This document shows, piece by piece, positions 32,901 through 47,520 of a stretch of DNA of 64,000 nucleotides. The stretch lies in NCBI RefSeq assembly GCF_001194135.2, contig NC_068995.1, positions 45,464,769-45,528,768 on the forward strand. Direction: 5' to 3'. Every line of letters begins with the position of its first letter. Position 1 is the stretch's first letter. A program made the translations under genes and the position numbers. The notes below the pieces were generated by a model. It was not told the DNA's origin and made no database searches. It saw only the letters and a list, made by a program, of their open reading frames with translations. The DNA comes from Octopus bimaculoides (lineage: Eukaryota).

Positions 32901-35900
32901 ATACGTGTACATATCAACAAGAAGTTTATACACGAGTACAAAACGTGAAAGCATCTGGATAACAATTAAGATTTATTAATTGAAAATTCAACCAGGGGCC
33001 GCCAAAACATAAGGCAAACATTAAACAGACAGGAAAAAAATCAAAAGATTAATTATTAGCTTTGATGTTCGGCCAAATTTCACCATGTGTGTAGCACCAT
33101 TTTAATGAAGGTTTATAATATATGCTCACACACACACATACATACATATATGTTTTTTTTCTTTTCTTTTCCTATAACGAAACCAGATTTACTAGGAAAA
33201 AAATATACACAAGGAAGCTTATGACATCGAAACTCCGTACTAAATAACTCCACTTACATAATTATCAGCTAAATATATTTCTTACGGATAGCGAGGAGGG
33301 AAGGCAAAAAAGAATAATTAAATACTGCACCTTCAGGTCTGCTATTCAATGAACACAGTATATATATATACATATAAAGACTATCGCGACAGTTCAGTCT
33401 ATATAACTTCCTAGTTCGGATTCATTGAAGTAAAAATTCACTGGTAACATTGCCCAAACACCATCTGGCATCAGAAATAATGTTTGTGAGAGAAAAAAAA
33501 AGATCAGTCTTAATAAGCAGGGTCCCGAGCTAACGAAGGACTACTGCCTTGTGGTCGCTGGACGTTACAAGAAATAGCAGCGAAATCCTCGCATCATACC
33601 TTCTCGTATAGATATGTGAAACACTAGTTCCTGTTACACAAAAACAGTGGAACGTTTACGTTTGGAATGCCTTTGGTCAATAAGGCTGTTCGATAAGCGC
33701 TGACCAGTGAAGTCCAGGCGAATCAACAGACTTGCCTGATTTACATTACAATAGCTTCAGTTCTCTTAGCAAGATCGAACTTGCTCTGCAGTAAAGGCCG
33801 ATGGTGTTACACCACTTAATAACGAAAAACAGTGGGAAAGATATCTGAAAGACATGTGACCATCGCTTATCTGATCGGGATGAAAAACGAGACAACAGTG
33901 GCTTTTATACTTGACCAATAAATACACAGTTTACAGATTTTACACATACACACAGTGCATGGGTTAGTTGTAATAATAAAAAAAAACCCGTATCAATTCA
34001 CGATTGCTTTTATTAACTGTAAATACGATGGGTAGAATGGGGTCTCTCGGGTAACGGTCCTTTCTAATCAAAACTAGTGTTATATATCACAAATCGAACA
34101 AGCCTCTAAGTAGTCGTTGGATTCGCTAGAAACAGCTGCAAAATATCCTTCCGATGATTTCCTATTATCTTTAATAATAATAAAGCATTGACAGAGGGGA
34201 TAATGCAGTCGAGAAAAGACGACGACCATGGCCAGAGATCATCTCGATCAGAGCTGACCTATGGCTATTCCATTAAACACATTTGTGCGCTTCTATATTT
34301 AGCGTTGATGGATAAATGAATAGCCAGTCTTATATGAGAGGAGCAATTTGAAATGCGAACAGGAAAGCTTCCAATAGGATATGGACTGGTGCACTACCTA
34401 CCAATGGGGCCGCAAACCCGGTATAGCAGGACCATTGATAAAAACAGAAAAACTAATCTAGATAACTTACAACTGGCCCATTTATATTGACCATTTAAAA
34501 CTAGCGTCTTATTTATCACTCAACGAAGAAACCGTTCATTTCAATTAATAAACAGAAAAGCACAACTACAGTTTTCTGAAAATTATAGTTTATATTTAAA
34601 GAAACTTTGCAAGGAAAGACTTCCTCCTGTCCCCCCACCTATTTTCTACCAGAGAAAAAAATTTTAAAAGGAGTGTTTTGGGGTGTGTGGGGTACAAAAG
34701 GAATTCTTGCTCGCAAGTCTTTTAATGACATTTTGTGGAAATGTGCTTAAGTGAGTGGAGATTACACAATGAGGTTTCAAACAAACCTTAGGAAAATACT
34801 CAAACTAGGGGACTGGCGGTTGTACGAAGCCTGCTTTGAGTAAGATCGATTCCTCCGAAACTCAAAAACAAATTTCAAAATTCTATCACAATACTTGTAA
34901 TTTACTTCTATGAAAATATATCTGCCAAATTACATTTTAAAAATATGCCATTTTTTTTTTTTTAGAAAGTTATGAAGAAACGAGGCCGGTGGGGCACCAA
35001 TTTGTAATTATGACACACACACATATACATACACGTATATATACACACATACGTATATGCGTGTGCGCACACGCGAATACACAAATATCCTACAAGTTGG
35101 CCGATGGTTCCGAATACAAAAATAAAAAGTAAATACAAGAGACTTTTGTGATTGAAAAATCAAGGAACGATGGCGATAGTGAGAGGCGGTTTACCGATCG
35201 TAGTAATACATGTATAGCAGGAAGACAAATTGGAACAGCCAACCTCCTCTCCCGATACACTAACCACCACTACTACTACTACCACCACCACCACCACGCA
35301 CTCAATGGGACTTATTCCTCTCGCCGCCTAACACACACATCGAAGTGAAGCTATCGGTTCCTCCCCATAAAATCTCTTCAATTAAATTACCAGCGACCAA
35401 AACTATAGCATTACTATGTGATCAAACTGAGGAACTACAAGCCTGACTTAGCAACAAAAACAAATATATATATACACACACGCATACAAATATATATATA
35501 TATATGGTGAAAGCTACAGACTATATTCTGTTGCGTAATAACACATGGTGCAACGGCAAGTAACGCGAGATTGAGGAAGAGAAAAGGACGATTCCCTGAT
35601 CAGTGACAACCGCAATCGGTTTCAGACTAATATTTATATTTTCATTAAAAAGAAAAATTTAGTAAAAACGTAAAGCAACGATATAAATAAATGCAATAAA
35701 AGAAAAGGTGACATAGTAAACGAATGATTCGGGCAGGGTTCTTCAGTGAAGGTTTTTCAAATAAAAAAGATTTTCTTCCAATGATCGGGGGATTTCGGAC
35801 GGAGATAAATGTCGTACGATTACTTCAATGAAGGGTTGATAATGATTTAAAGCATTTAAAAAAATAAAAAAGACAGGATTAAGGGTTTTTTATTTTTTTT

Positions 35901-36039
35901 AGTTTCTATATATCAGATGAGACAATTTTAACCATCGCCTTTCCAGTAGTCACATTTTCATGGAGGAAAACCATTTAACTCATTCTTTTAGCTCTAATAC
36001 ACTTAGGCGCAACCAATATCCTTATACACACACACACAC

Positions 36040-36085
<46 letters not shown>

Positions 36086-36252
36086 AGGGCCTATGCTGGG
36101 TGTGGGTGATTACGTGAAACTACAGAGTGAAATTAATGCGACAGAAACCTAACTGGCCATGTGCTGGTGGGAACTATCAGCGTGTAATATGTGTTAATGA
36201 TATATATATATGGCGATGGTAAAGGATCGCATATATATAAATGTATATATAA

Positions 36253-36311
<59 letters not shown>

Positions 36312-36710
36312 GCACTTCAAATAATTTCCCGAGCGTATATAGTGAAATTGATATAATACACGGAAAACATGGATCAATGGCCAATGCCGTGCGGTTTGCA
36401 GCACAAGACAGAACTAGGCACACATTAATACATATATTAACGATATTCCTTTCTTGCCCGTCAACATACATGTAGGTTCATTTGCAATGTGAATGAAGGG
36501 AAATTAAAAGGAAAATAATAATAAGAAGAAGAAGAAAGAAAACCAACGAGGGGAAAACAAAAGTATAGAGATATTTAACACATTATGCAATGGCGATATT
36601 CAGGAAATATTGCAATCATCGGCACCAACATCAATAATACACAGAATGAGAATTATATATATACATTTATTTATATGGTACTATTTAGTTTGGGCGTACC
36701 ACTACATGGG

Positions 36711-36749
<39 letters not shown>

Positions 36750-36859
36750 GCACATAGGCAGACTTTCTTATAAGATCGGGCAAACCGTGAAATGCACGAG
36801 AACACTTCAAAAGCGGGCGGCGTTTTAGAAAGAAATATAACAGTAAATACAATTGTTGG

Positions 36860-37127
36860 GTTTATATATACACACAAATACATATATATATATATATATA
36901 CATACACACACACACATATATATACACACACACACATATACACACACATATATATACATACACACATACAAATACACATATATATATACATACACACATA
37001 CAAATACACATATATATATACATACACACATACAAATACACATATATACACACATATACATATATATATACATACACACATATACACACACATATACATA
37101 TATATATACATACACACATATACAAAT

Positions 37128-37168
<41 letters not shown>

Positions 37169-37235
37169 CAAATACACATATATATACATACAAACATATA
37201 CAAATACACACACACACACATATATATATATATAT
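36860..37235. repeat. Compound (CA/TA/CATA)n microsatellite with a recurring TACAAATACACATA unit
   Basis: Direct inspection. Confidence 0.95.
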
Positions 37236-37639
37236 GAGGGTACAACAAAAATGCGTTTCAAGAAAGAGTTTTTTCCTGCAAGTCCCTGGGTTTTTTTTTA
37301 CTCCTGAATGTGTGTGTGTATGTGAAATGCATGTATACAAATGTAGAATTAGATCTTTCTCGCTATACATTCATCTTTACACATGATTGTTAAGAAATAA
37401 TACAATATATGCAAAGCCATATATATACATAATCTGTTTAATATGTATTATGTATGCTTTAAATTATACATTATGTTCAACATATATAATGGGTTTTACA
37501 TATGTATATATAAAGCCTCGTTACCTTTCTAAAAAGGAATCAATTTTCCACTGATGAACGGGGAAAACAGAAATGAGATGAGACAGAAAAAGAAGCTGGC
37601 GCCTTAATTTTTCTACAATGCTCAGAATGAAGAATGGAT

Positions 37640-38670
37640 AAAGAAAGCGACAGGAGGGCAAACATTTTTTAAAAAAAAGGAACAAGCTACATACTTCAAA
37701 GTGCAAAGACAGTTGTAGGAATTATAGATTATAGTCTAATATATATAGCTTGCGTCTATGTATGTATGTATATATATCTTGATGAAATGTCAGAGAAAAG
37801 AGAAAAAAACGGGTAAGAGAAATATACAGAGGGAAAAATGAAATGAAACAGGGGAAAGAGACTGGTTGTATATTTCATGTATTTTAAAGATCGCTATAGG
37901 AATTATGGATATATATATCTTGAGTATATTTATATAGTTTTAGTGACAGTGGATTTTCATCGATGAGTTCATGAACCTTGGTTCTTTTCCCTAAAACTAT
38001 ATATTTATATATATTTTACTCTGTAAAGCTCAATTTAGTTTTAATTTTTTATAAATCGATTTTAATTGAGTTTTTACCTGTAATTTTGGATTTTGTCCCT
38101 AATATTATAACTTGAGTATATATATCTTGTGTCTGTGCATGTATATCTTGAGGAAGTGTGAGACAAAATATAAACGGGTAAGAGAAAGATATAGAAGACG
38201 GTAAATGAAATGAAATGAAATGGAAAAAAATACTGGCTACATACTTCAACGTGTTTTACAGACCGCTGTGGGAAATATGGATATATATATATATATTCTA
38301 AAGATATATATATATAGCTTGTATCTGTGAGTGTATGTAACTTGATGAGATATCAGAGAAAAGATGGGGAAAAAAACAGGTAAGAGAAATATATAGAGGA
38401 GGGAAAAATGAAATGAAATGGAAAAAAATACTGGCTACATATTTCAACGTGTATTCCCACAGACCGCTGTGGGAAATATGGATATATATATATATATATA
38501 TTCTAAATATATATATAGCCTGTATCTGTGAGTGTATATAACTTGATGAGATATCAGAGAAAAAAAGGGAAAAACACATATAGAGGAGGGGAAAAATGAA
38601 ATGAAAGGGAAAAAAAAACTGGTTACATACTTCAAATGTGTTTTAAAGACGGCAGTACAAACTGCGGATA
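37640..38670. repeat. Degenerate tandem repeat, unit about 180 bp, about 5 copies
   Basis: Recurring ttgatgagatatcagagaaaa...gggtaagagaaa...aaatgaaatgaaa...ctggctacatacttcaa...gaccgctgtgggaaatatgg near 37780, 38150, 38340 and 38545, with a partial copy at 37680. Confidence 0.8.
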
Positions 38671-41274
38671 TAGGAAAATATCTTATATGTCTGTCTCTCT
38701 CTCCCTCTCTTTTTTGTTTGTTTGTTCCTCACTGTCTGTCTCTATGTATGTAAGTATATATATATAAAGATCTCTGTTGAGTTTGTATTTGTTGAGTCGG
38801 GCCGACTAGATTGAGGACTCCGTACGAGGCGAACGACCTTAGCACGAGTGTGTGTTGGTAAAAGTGTGTCTAAGAAGAAGAAGCAGCAACTGTAAAATGG
38901 CCGAACTGTGGGGAGGATTGACCTGTTTAGCTTGGCCCCTTACCTACTCTACAAATACATCGCCGATCACATAATAATTCTATATACAAATTCAATATTA
39001 TTTTTTTTAAATTAATATTTTTATACATAATTCGCAGAAAATAAATAAAGTTTCAATGAATTTACTGTAGTTTTTTTTTTTAATTTTAAATATTATTCAT
39101 TCGTTTATGGATTATCGTTCGTGGAGGTTTTTTTGAGAACGTGAGAACGTATATGAACCAAGAAATACGGAACTTCTGCTTTTTTCTTTGATATATTTTA
39201 AATTTCATTGAAAATTTTCCACTGAGAAATTTATATTATTTTAAAAAAAGAATAATTATAAATATATATAGATATATATATACACACACACACACACACG
39301 TACGTACGTACGTATATATATATGTATGTATATTATGTGTATAGATATGTACAACTTCCGTTATATTCGCACCGATTCGATTTTATTTATTCTTGTCTCA
39401 AAATCATGTTCAATAACCAATATTGTTTTCTTTTTAATATTTAAGTTCTTTTATCAGTAAAATCCGATTCATAATTATCACCGCCGCAAAATAGTTTTAA
39501 CTCAAAATCTCAAAGAGAGGAGTAGTCGGAGTAGTGTCGAGTGAAGGAGTTGCACTGGATTATTATTCGTTTTATATAGAACGTAAGTGGCCTTAACCAT
39601 CAGTGGCTCGCCATTCGAATGGCCGGTGGAATGTCCAACGAAGACAAACATTCCACTGTATTAACAAGGATGCTCCTACACGACCACTGCCAATATCCTA
39701 GTTCCACTTCAACTCTCTGCCACGTTATCTCCACTGGCTGTAATACCGCTACTACTACGACTACTTGTGGACGAGGTGATGTACAATAGCTAGTTCCATG
39801 TTCTTTAAACAATTTGATGACAATTTCTACCTGCCTTCTTATATATTATATATATCTTTTCTTTTTCCTCTTCTAGTCTGTTTTCGCCTGTTCATGCTTC
39901 GTTATTTATTAAATATTTCTAAGATGTTTGCTCACAGTCAGGACACATGTCCATCACTCTTGTACTGACTTCTATGTAAATGTGACAAATAACTTCCATA
40001 CCTGTTTACATGTGTTGTTTGTTGTTATATACTGTCAAAACCATAACACGGCTAAACTTTTCTTTCTTTTATTGTTGGTTTCATACCTGTTACATGTCAT
40101 GCTATACCTGTGTGATATACACATAATTAACAACTTACCTGATCGGTATTAACAGACACATACTTATACATACACGTGATGTAATATATAGACACACGTG
40201 ACATATAGATATGTTATATATACATGATCTCATACACTGTGACATGATATAATACGCATATACACATGGACATAACATTAGACACACCCAAATGGACATG
40301 GCGTAATATACACACACAAAGCTCGGATATGATGTAATATACACATATGTACATAATATTTATACACATGTACACACACATACGTAATTACATGACGCAC
40401 ACTAAGGGAGACCTACATGTATATAGATAACATTAGCTAAAAGGATTAGCCTCCTGATATAGTAATACATAAACATTTTGCCCGGGTACAGTGACACCTT
40501 TGGTAAAGGGTGATGGATAGCCCAAAGATTTTGATCTTGATTCCTTCTATAATATCTTTGTCACTATCTATGAGTGACCCTTGTATCAATGGAAAAGCAA
40601 AGTTGATTTTAATAGAACGTATTGAAATAGATTTCCAAAAGGCATTTACTACACCATCCCTGTCTGAGTATTATTGCCAATCTTCAATGATATTTGATAT
40701 CGCTTACTCGTGAGGGCTTTTCCCTTTCCTGTCTCTGGCTGTCATGCAACTTATATGATGACCTCACGAAAAATGCACCCAGTACACTCTGTTAGGTGGT
40801 TGGTGTTAGGTGGGTATCCTACTGTAGAAACCGTGTCATGGCTGATACTGGAGCTTGGCACAGTCCCTTGGCTTGCCAAGTTGGATCATTTAACATCCAT
40901 TTTCCATGATGGCATGGGCTGGACAGTTTGATAGGAGCTGGAGAGCTGCACTAGGCTCCAATTGTCTGTTTTGGTATGGCTTCTGTGGATAGATGCCCTT
41001 TCTGATGCCAACCACTTTACAAAGTGTGCTGGGTGCTCTTTATATGGCATCAGTATCTACATGGTGCCTTTTTAATTTCCTTTATCTGGTACAAGTTGCT
41101 TCTAATGTCACCAATAACATATGCGAATGATATAGGTGAAGCTGACAAACCAAACTACTGGAAAACCCACAATCTTATCTTTACTTGTATGACCTCAGTA
41201 TTACAGAAGTGGTTGATTTCTTTAAATTACTGCCAAAAGGTGCAGAGATATTCTCTACAAGTATATGACATTTT

Positions 41275-41980
41275 ACTTGAGAAGACCCAGCAAGCCAACT
41301 GAGACCATAATCTGTGGCCTTTGCCAGGGGTGTAGCCAGCCCACTTATGCATACCTTTCCTTCGTTGGAAGACCTGTTGAGGCAAGTGAAATCGAAATCG
41401 AACCAAATTCAACGACTGGCACCCATGCCAACCTTTCCTTCATTAGACACTAAACTCTGCTTGCAAAGACCTGTTGGGGGCAAGTGAAATCGAAATCGTA
41501 ATTGAACCAAATTCGATGACTGGCACTTGTGCCAGTGGAGCACTAACAGCACCGTCCGAGCGTGATCATTGCCAGAGCAGCTGTCTGGCTTCCGTGCCAG
41601 TGGCACGTAAATAGCACCATTTAAGTGTGATCGTTACCAGTGTCGCCTTACTGGCACTTGTGCCGGTGGCACATGAAAAAAACATTTGAGTGAAGTCGTT
41701 GCCAGTGTCGCTGGACTGGCTCCTTTGCAGGTGTCACATAAAAAACACCGTTTTGAGTGTGGCTGTTGCCAGTATCGCCTGACTGACCCTTGTGCTGGTG
41801 GCATGTAAAAACATCCACTACACTCTTGGAGTGGTTGGCGTTAGGAAGGGCATCCAGCTGTAGAAACTCTGCCAGATCAGATTGGAGCCTGGTGTAGCCA
41901 TCTGGTTTGCCAGTCCTCTGTCAAATCGTCCAACCCATGCTAGCATGGGAAGCAGACGTTAAATGATGATGATGATGATT
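41275..41980 (+). mobile_element. RTE LINE 3' end: last ORF2 codons, 3' UTR and (TGA)n tail
   Basis: LEKTQQAN* then a UTR with internal actggcac/gtgccagt repeats, then taggaagggcatccagctgtagaaa...gttaaatgatgatgatg; the tail recurs at about 40770, 46130, 53050 and 60460. Confidence 0.75.
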
Positions 41981-42668
41981 CATCTTACCTAAGACATCGT
42001 GTAATGGGATTGAATGTGAAGCCATGTAGTTACAGAGTAAATTTCCTATCCATGAAACTGTGACAAAGAGAACATGAAGTACCTTGTCAGGATCTTTTTT
42101 TTTTTTTTTTTTGTGTGTGTGCGTGCATACATTTTTTTTCTTTTTCTTTTTACTCTACAACAAACAAGATTTTACATAAAATTCAAAGACTAGATATAGT
42201 GGTGTAATACTTGAGAAGTTTTGTTGGTTGGTTGTTTTGTTAATGACTAATCAAAAAATTGTCAAGGCAAATATCCCGAAAGAGAGGCGTGAGAACAGAA
42301 TTGTACATGCTGCTGTCAAAAAAATGTGGCTTTTCAGCAGTACAAGACGCTCTATAAAGAATAACAACAAAAAACTTTTTTTTTCTTCCATTTTCCTGTT
42401 TTTTTCTTTTTGTTTCGTTAGCTTGAGAAAATAGTTATTCTTGGACAGGTTTGAATCAGGACATTGCAGAATAACAGGGTGTTGTTGATTTTTATCATGT
42501 TCTAAGTAGCTTGACTTGAAGGACATAATATAGTGTAATTAACAAGGTGTAGGTTGTTGTTTAACCCCTGGCCAAAGTTGTTCCACTCTTGACACTTGAA
42601 TCTTTGTATATTCACTACTTATATACATTGCCCAATGATGATGATGATTATCCTCATCATTTAACGTC

Positions 42669-42860
42669 TTGATCAACCTGTTCACCAAGTACAACACCAC
42701 CATCCCATCCAGTGCTGCAGTTGAGCACCTATTCTCTATAGGTAAAGATATTTTGAGGGCCGGTAACTTTGAGAGGCTGATGTTTATGAAGGGTAACCAG
42801 CATCACATTGAAGTGATGGAGAAGGTTCAGCCAGAGAAGTACATCTTGATCATCATCTAA
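42669..42860 (+). mobile_element. hAT transposase C-terminal dimerization-domain remnant
   Basis: LFTKYNTTIPSSAAVEHLFSIG...NFERLMFMKGN matches the hAT motif KYNTxxPSSAxVERLFS...FExLxxLKxN. Confidence 0.8.
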
Positions 42861-43710
42861 TTTTGGCATGCTCTATGTCCAAGCTACAACATGAAACTTT
42901 CAGCTCTCTAGGTCTGTTTTTAAGGGTTTTAGAACCAAACAAAAAGGCCCCCAAACTGAAGCTGAATTCATATGATAAAAGTTGGTGGTTATCAGTTATC
43001 ATTAGCTTTTTGGTTAGATGTGCCCACCACTGGTCTTCACCTTCTAGAAATGGTAGCTAAATTCCCTCAAACCGGGGTATTAAAAGTCTTGACATAACTA
43101 TCAAGACACTTGGTATGAGACTCTACCATGTATATACAGTGAAAGCCCCTTATTACAATCATAGTTAATGGTCTCAGTTGATTATTATCAAAATTAGTGG
43201 GACATTGTTATTGAAAAGATTTTATCCCTAAATGCTCACAGTAAATAGTTTCCATTGTATATGTGTTCCCTTCCCTTTGCACCTTCTGGCCATACTTGCC
43301 TTTATAATATATCCCTCTCTATAACCCACCTCATCACCCTCACCACTCTCTATCACTAACCACTAACACTACTCTCTTTCCCCCCTCTTCCTTCAATACT
43401 GCCTCTCCTAACAATGTCTACTCTGTTACTTCCTCCACTTCCACATTTCCCATGACTATCAGTCTGTTCTTCTTGTCATACTTCACTCTCTCTCTCTCTC
43501 TCATCACCTTATTTAAATATCCTCTCACTCTATAAGTCCTTCAGTTACAGAGGTCAAGTCCTTTTATGCCCTTAAGTCTTGCAAGTTACAAGATGGCCCC
43601 ATGAAAAATGCACTCGGTACACTGTGAAAAGTGGTTGACACGAGGAAGGGCACCTGGCCATAGAAACCATACCAACACAAGTCTTTGAACATAAATAAAT
43701 AATCTAACCT

Positions 43711-44053
43711 AATGGTTCTTAACCATTTTTTATCTATGGGCCCCTTTTGATAATTATTTTGTTCTAGTGGACCCCCATAGCCATTCGATGTTTTAGAAAA
43801 AGGTATTTTATATATAGTTCTTTCAAAATTCCTGTTTTGTTAGTCACACGTTCCCTTGTATAGGTTGAGATATGTAAAACATTTGAGAAAGAAACCTGGC
43901 TGTTTCTTGCAGAAAATACATCAAAAGCAAAATTTTTTCATGAACCCCTAAAATACTATGGTAGATCTCCAGTTTACTATTTTGCTTGTGTGGTCCCCAC
44001 CAACGTTTTAGATGGACTCCAAGGGTCATATGGACCCCATTTGGGAACAACTG
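43711..44053. mobile_element. hAT-type (Charlie/MER5-like) MITE
   Basis: Degenerate ends (aatggttcttaacc...tttgggaacaactg) of the CAGTGGTTCTTAACC family; related ends at 51865, 52748 and about 58085. Confidence 0.55.
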
Positions 44054-45004
44054 AATTAACTCATGCCACCATGGAAAGCAGGCATTAAATGATGATGATG
44101 TGTGTATGTATATACATGTATACACACTACATGTATTCATCTGAAATAGTAGAAAGAAAAAAAATTCTTTACATTTATGGCTGAGTAATTCTACAACAGA
44201 GCGTGAAATAGTAAAGTCTATGGTTTGTTAAATAAGTTAAATCTATTTTCTTTGGGTGATTTAAATCGTTATTGTTGTAACATATATGTAAAAATGTATA
44301 TCATCTCTACTATAATAATTCATAAAATGCAATTCTCACCATATCAATCTCGGCAACCAGCAGCAGTTAAATCATTGTCTAATGCTAGTCTGTGAAATTA
44401 GAACCATTTTATGCAATCACATTCTATAATTTCCAGACCAATTATGTTTTGCTCTGTAGATTCCATTATTGCTTTTAGTGAAATTTCTAAAGCGATTTAC
44501 TGCTAGATTTGATTACCGTTGAAATGTTTAATGAAAGATTTGACTTCTTCACAAAGTTCTGGATGTTTTATTTTACCAAGCTCAAAGAATCACATAATTA
44601 CTATTCGTATCAAATCATATAATACTTGACTCCATTTCTGGAGACTGGTTTTATGAAGTTGGTACTTGTTTATTTTATTACTAAAAGAAGCAAAAACATG
44701 GTCTGCTTCACATCTCTTACGGTTTCCTTTCATTTGTCGATTATTTAGTTCCATGTTATGTATTGTCTACTCTACATGATGATAATGTTTTACATTTTAA
44801 AAAAGTTTCTACCCGTTTTCCTTCTCGCTCTCTCGTTTTAGTTTTGTCACTGTTGTCTCCCTCATTATTGTCGTCACCATCATGAAATCTTCATCATCCC
44901 TACATGTGTCACCATTATCATTGTCACTACAATCATCATTACTAACAACATGTATGCTTGTGTGTTTGTCCCCTCACCCTCCACTGCTTGACAACTATTC
45001 GTGT

Positions 45005-45420
45005 CTGTGTGGTAAGAAGCTTGCTTCCTAACCTCATGGTCCCAGGTTCAGTCCCACTGCAAGGCCAGTTTTGCTGTTCATTCTCTTAGAGGTCAATATA
45101 ATTAAGAACCAGTCAAGTACCGAGGTTGATTTCATTGGCTTCCCCCCCCCTCATAATTGCTGGCTTTGTGCCAAAATTCGAAAGTATTATAAAGGCAGTG
45201 AGCTGCTCGAATCATTAGCGCACTGGACAAGATGCTTAGCAACATTTCCTTTAGCTCTTGTGTTCTGAGCTCAAGTCTCGCTGAGATTGACTTTAAATTT
45301 TGTCCTTTCTGGGTCGATAAAATATACCAGTTTAGCACTGCAGTTGATGTATCTGGCTAACCACCTACTCCTTTCTTTTCTCCCAATAAAAATTGCTGGC
45401 CTTATACCAAAATTTGAAGC
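45005..45420 (+). mobile_element. Composite Octopus SINE sequence
   Basis: tRNA-like head gtgtggtaagaagcttgcttcc...ggttcagtccc, then two gactttcatcc/ggtcgataaa core copies. Confidence 0.7.
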
Positions 45421-47379
45421 TATTTTTATTATTAATTTGTGTTTTCCATGCTGGCATAGTTTGTATAAAAATAATCGTTGTATAATCACCAGTGTAATAA
45501 CTGTTTCCTTTTTTTTTTTTGTTTTTTTGGATTTTATTTCTGACATTTTCTTTTTCTTCTTTTGGTCTTAAAAATGTTAAAACTGCAAAAGACGGAGAAA
45601 GACACAAAATAGTCTGCAAAACTGATTGCATTGGTAACAGTTGTACAATCAATCAATGTCTGCAATCTCAGCATGTTTAAGACCCTTGCAGACATAGGTA
45701 GAACATAATTTTATTAATGTATGCCATGCCGAAATTCTGACACTGTCATATTAATAGGCTGAAATAATTAATTGGGTCTATTACTTTAACCAATGATTTT
45801 TTTTTTGTTTTGTTTTGTTTTGTGTGTGTGTGTGTGAATTAACAATGATTCAGAACTCTAGGACTGATTCTGTTGTTGATAAAATAAACAACCAACTTCC
45901 GTTACATCTCTGGAATATTTAACATAGTATTTACATGAACTTGTGCAGAATTCTTCACCATGCACCATGTTGTGAATGGAAATTAATGTAATCAGTTCAC
46001 CTAGTTTACAAATTCCAAGCACCCACATATATTTACCAATTCTTACTTTTTTTTTTGTTCTTTTGTTTCCATTTATCTTTTTCTTTCTTTTTAAAACCTT
46101 TTTCCCTGTTTTACAATAATCTTTCATCATCATTTAATGTCTGTTTTCTGTGCCAGCATGAGTTGCATGGTTTGACAGGGGCTGGTAAGCTGGAGAGCTG
46201 CACCAGGCTCCAGTCTGTTTTGACATGATTTCTATAGCTAGATGCCCTTCCTAATACCAACCACTTTACAGTGTGTACTGGGTGCTTTTTATGTGGCACC
46301 AGCATGGGTGTTTTTTTACAAGAAAATTGTATGTTCCTGTTGCTATTTATCTTATAATTTGATTTTTATACCCTCTATTGAAATAAAATCATTTCCCTTT
46401 TTGGTTTTGTTTTGTGTTTTATGTCATTTAGTCTGAGGAGAAAAGGCAGTGCACGTTTCACCTTTCTTCAGAGCCTCCTCGTAATGTGGTGGTAGGATGA
46501 GATGAAGTCATTGGAAACTAGAACTGAATGTTTCTAACAGAGTAGCCTCCACTAAAGGCATCCAAGGTCCGGGTGGTGATGCTAAACTGAGTGATGATAG
46601 AATACACATTACACTCATCCAAGGTGCTCTGCAATAGACTTGAACCTAAAACCATATACTTAAGCAAAATTCTTGATCTCATTGATTGAGGTTGCACATT
46701 TCATTGCTAATGCTCTTTTGGAAAAGACTTGAACATCACACCATTTGAAGAATATTAAAGATATTAAGATTGAAGACAGTTAGTCGTTGTTCCTTCATTT
46801 ACTCACAACCAGGGAAGTGTGATTGCTGTTAGGAGTTAAAACAACTATTATTCAGTCTCTGTTTTAGAAATCTCTTTTATCTTTTCATCTCTGTTCTCTC
46901 TCTCTCTCTCTCTCTCTCATTGCATCTGATAATTTCAGCTCCACAGTTACCATGGAGTACCAACCACTCCAACCATTCCTCTTTTAGAAACCTCTCATCT
47001 TCACAACCTTAATATAAAGGGTCCCTTGAGAATAGTTATGATGATGATAAAGATGTTACGGGGGGGGGGGTTAATTTCTCTTTTCTTTCTCATTTTCTAT
47101 GTTTTCCTTTTTCTCTTTTTTTTTATGGTCCCCTTTCAATTTTCTTTTTATTTCATTCATTCATTCTCTTCCTAATTATTTATTTATTGTCCCCTTTTAT
47201 TCATAACCTAGTTAGACAGGGGAAAAAATATTAATTAATGCTGATCATGGTGGTTTATATTTGACACCTATGATAGAAGCCCTTACCATTAACCCCCAAA
47301 CTGTGTTTAAACCCAATAGAATCCTAAAATTAGGTTCTGGTCTCCAGTGAAGAACTCTATAGGCTCTACCTTGAAAACA

Positions 47380-47520
47380 TTAACCCTTTTGATATCAACT
47401 CACCTGAGGCCACCCCTGGTTCTATGACACAAACTCCCGGTTTTAAAGTGATCCAATTTTAATCTTCCCATCAAAATTTCATGTTAATTCATGTTCCTAA
47501 CTACAGCTTAATAATGGTTT
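47380..47520. mobile_element. Partial TTAA-type MITE, opposite orientation
   Basis: Starts TTAACCCTTTTGATATC; the body is reverse-complementary to the 27979-28167 family. Confidence 0.55.

Noticed and set aside
40510-40713. ORF containing DFQKAF, resembling an RT motif
   Set aside because: The surrounding residues do not match reverse transcriptase; likely chance
46440-46520. Minus-frame LPPHYEEALKK resembling a PPxY motif
   Set aside because: An in-frame stop lies just upstream with no acceptor in between
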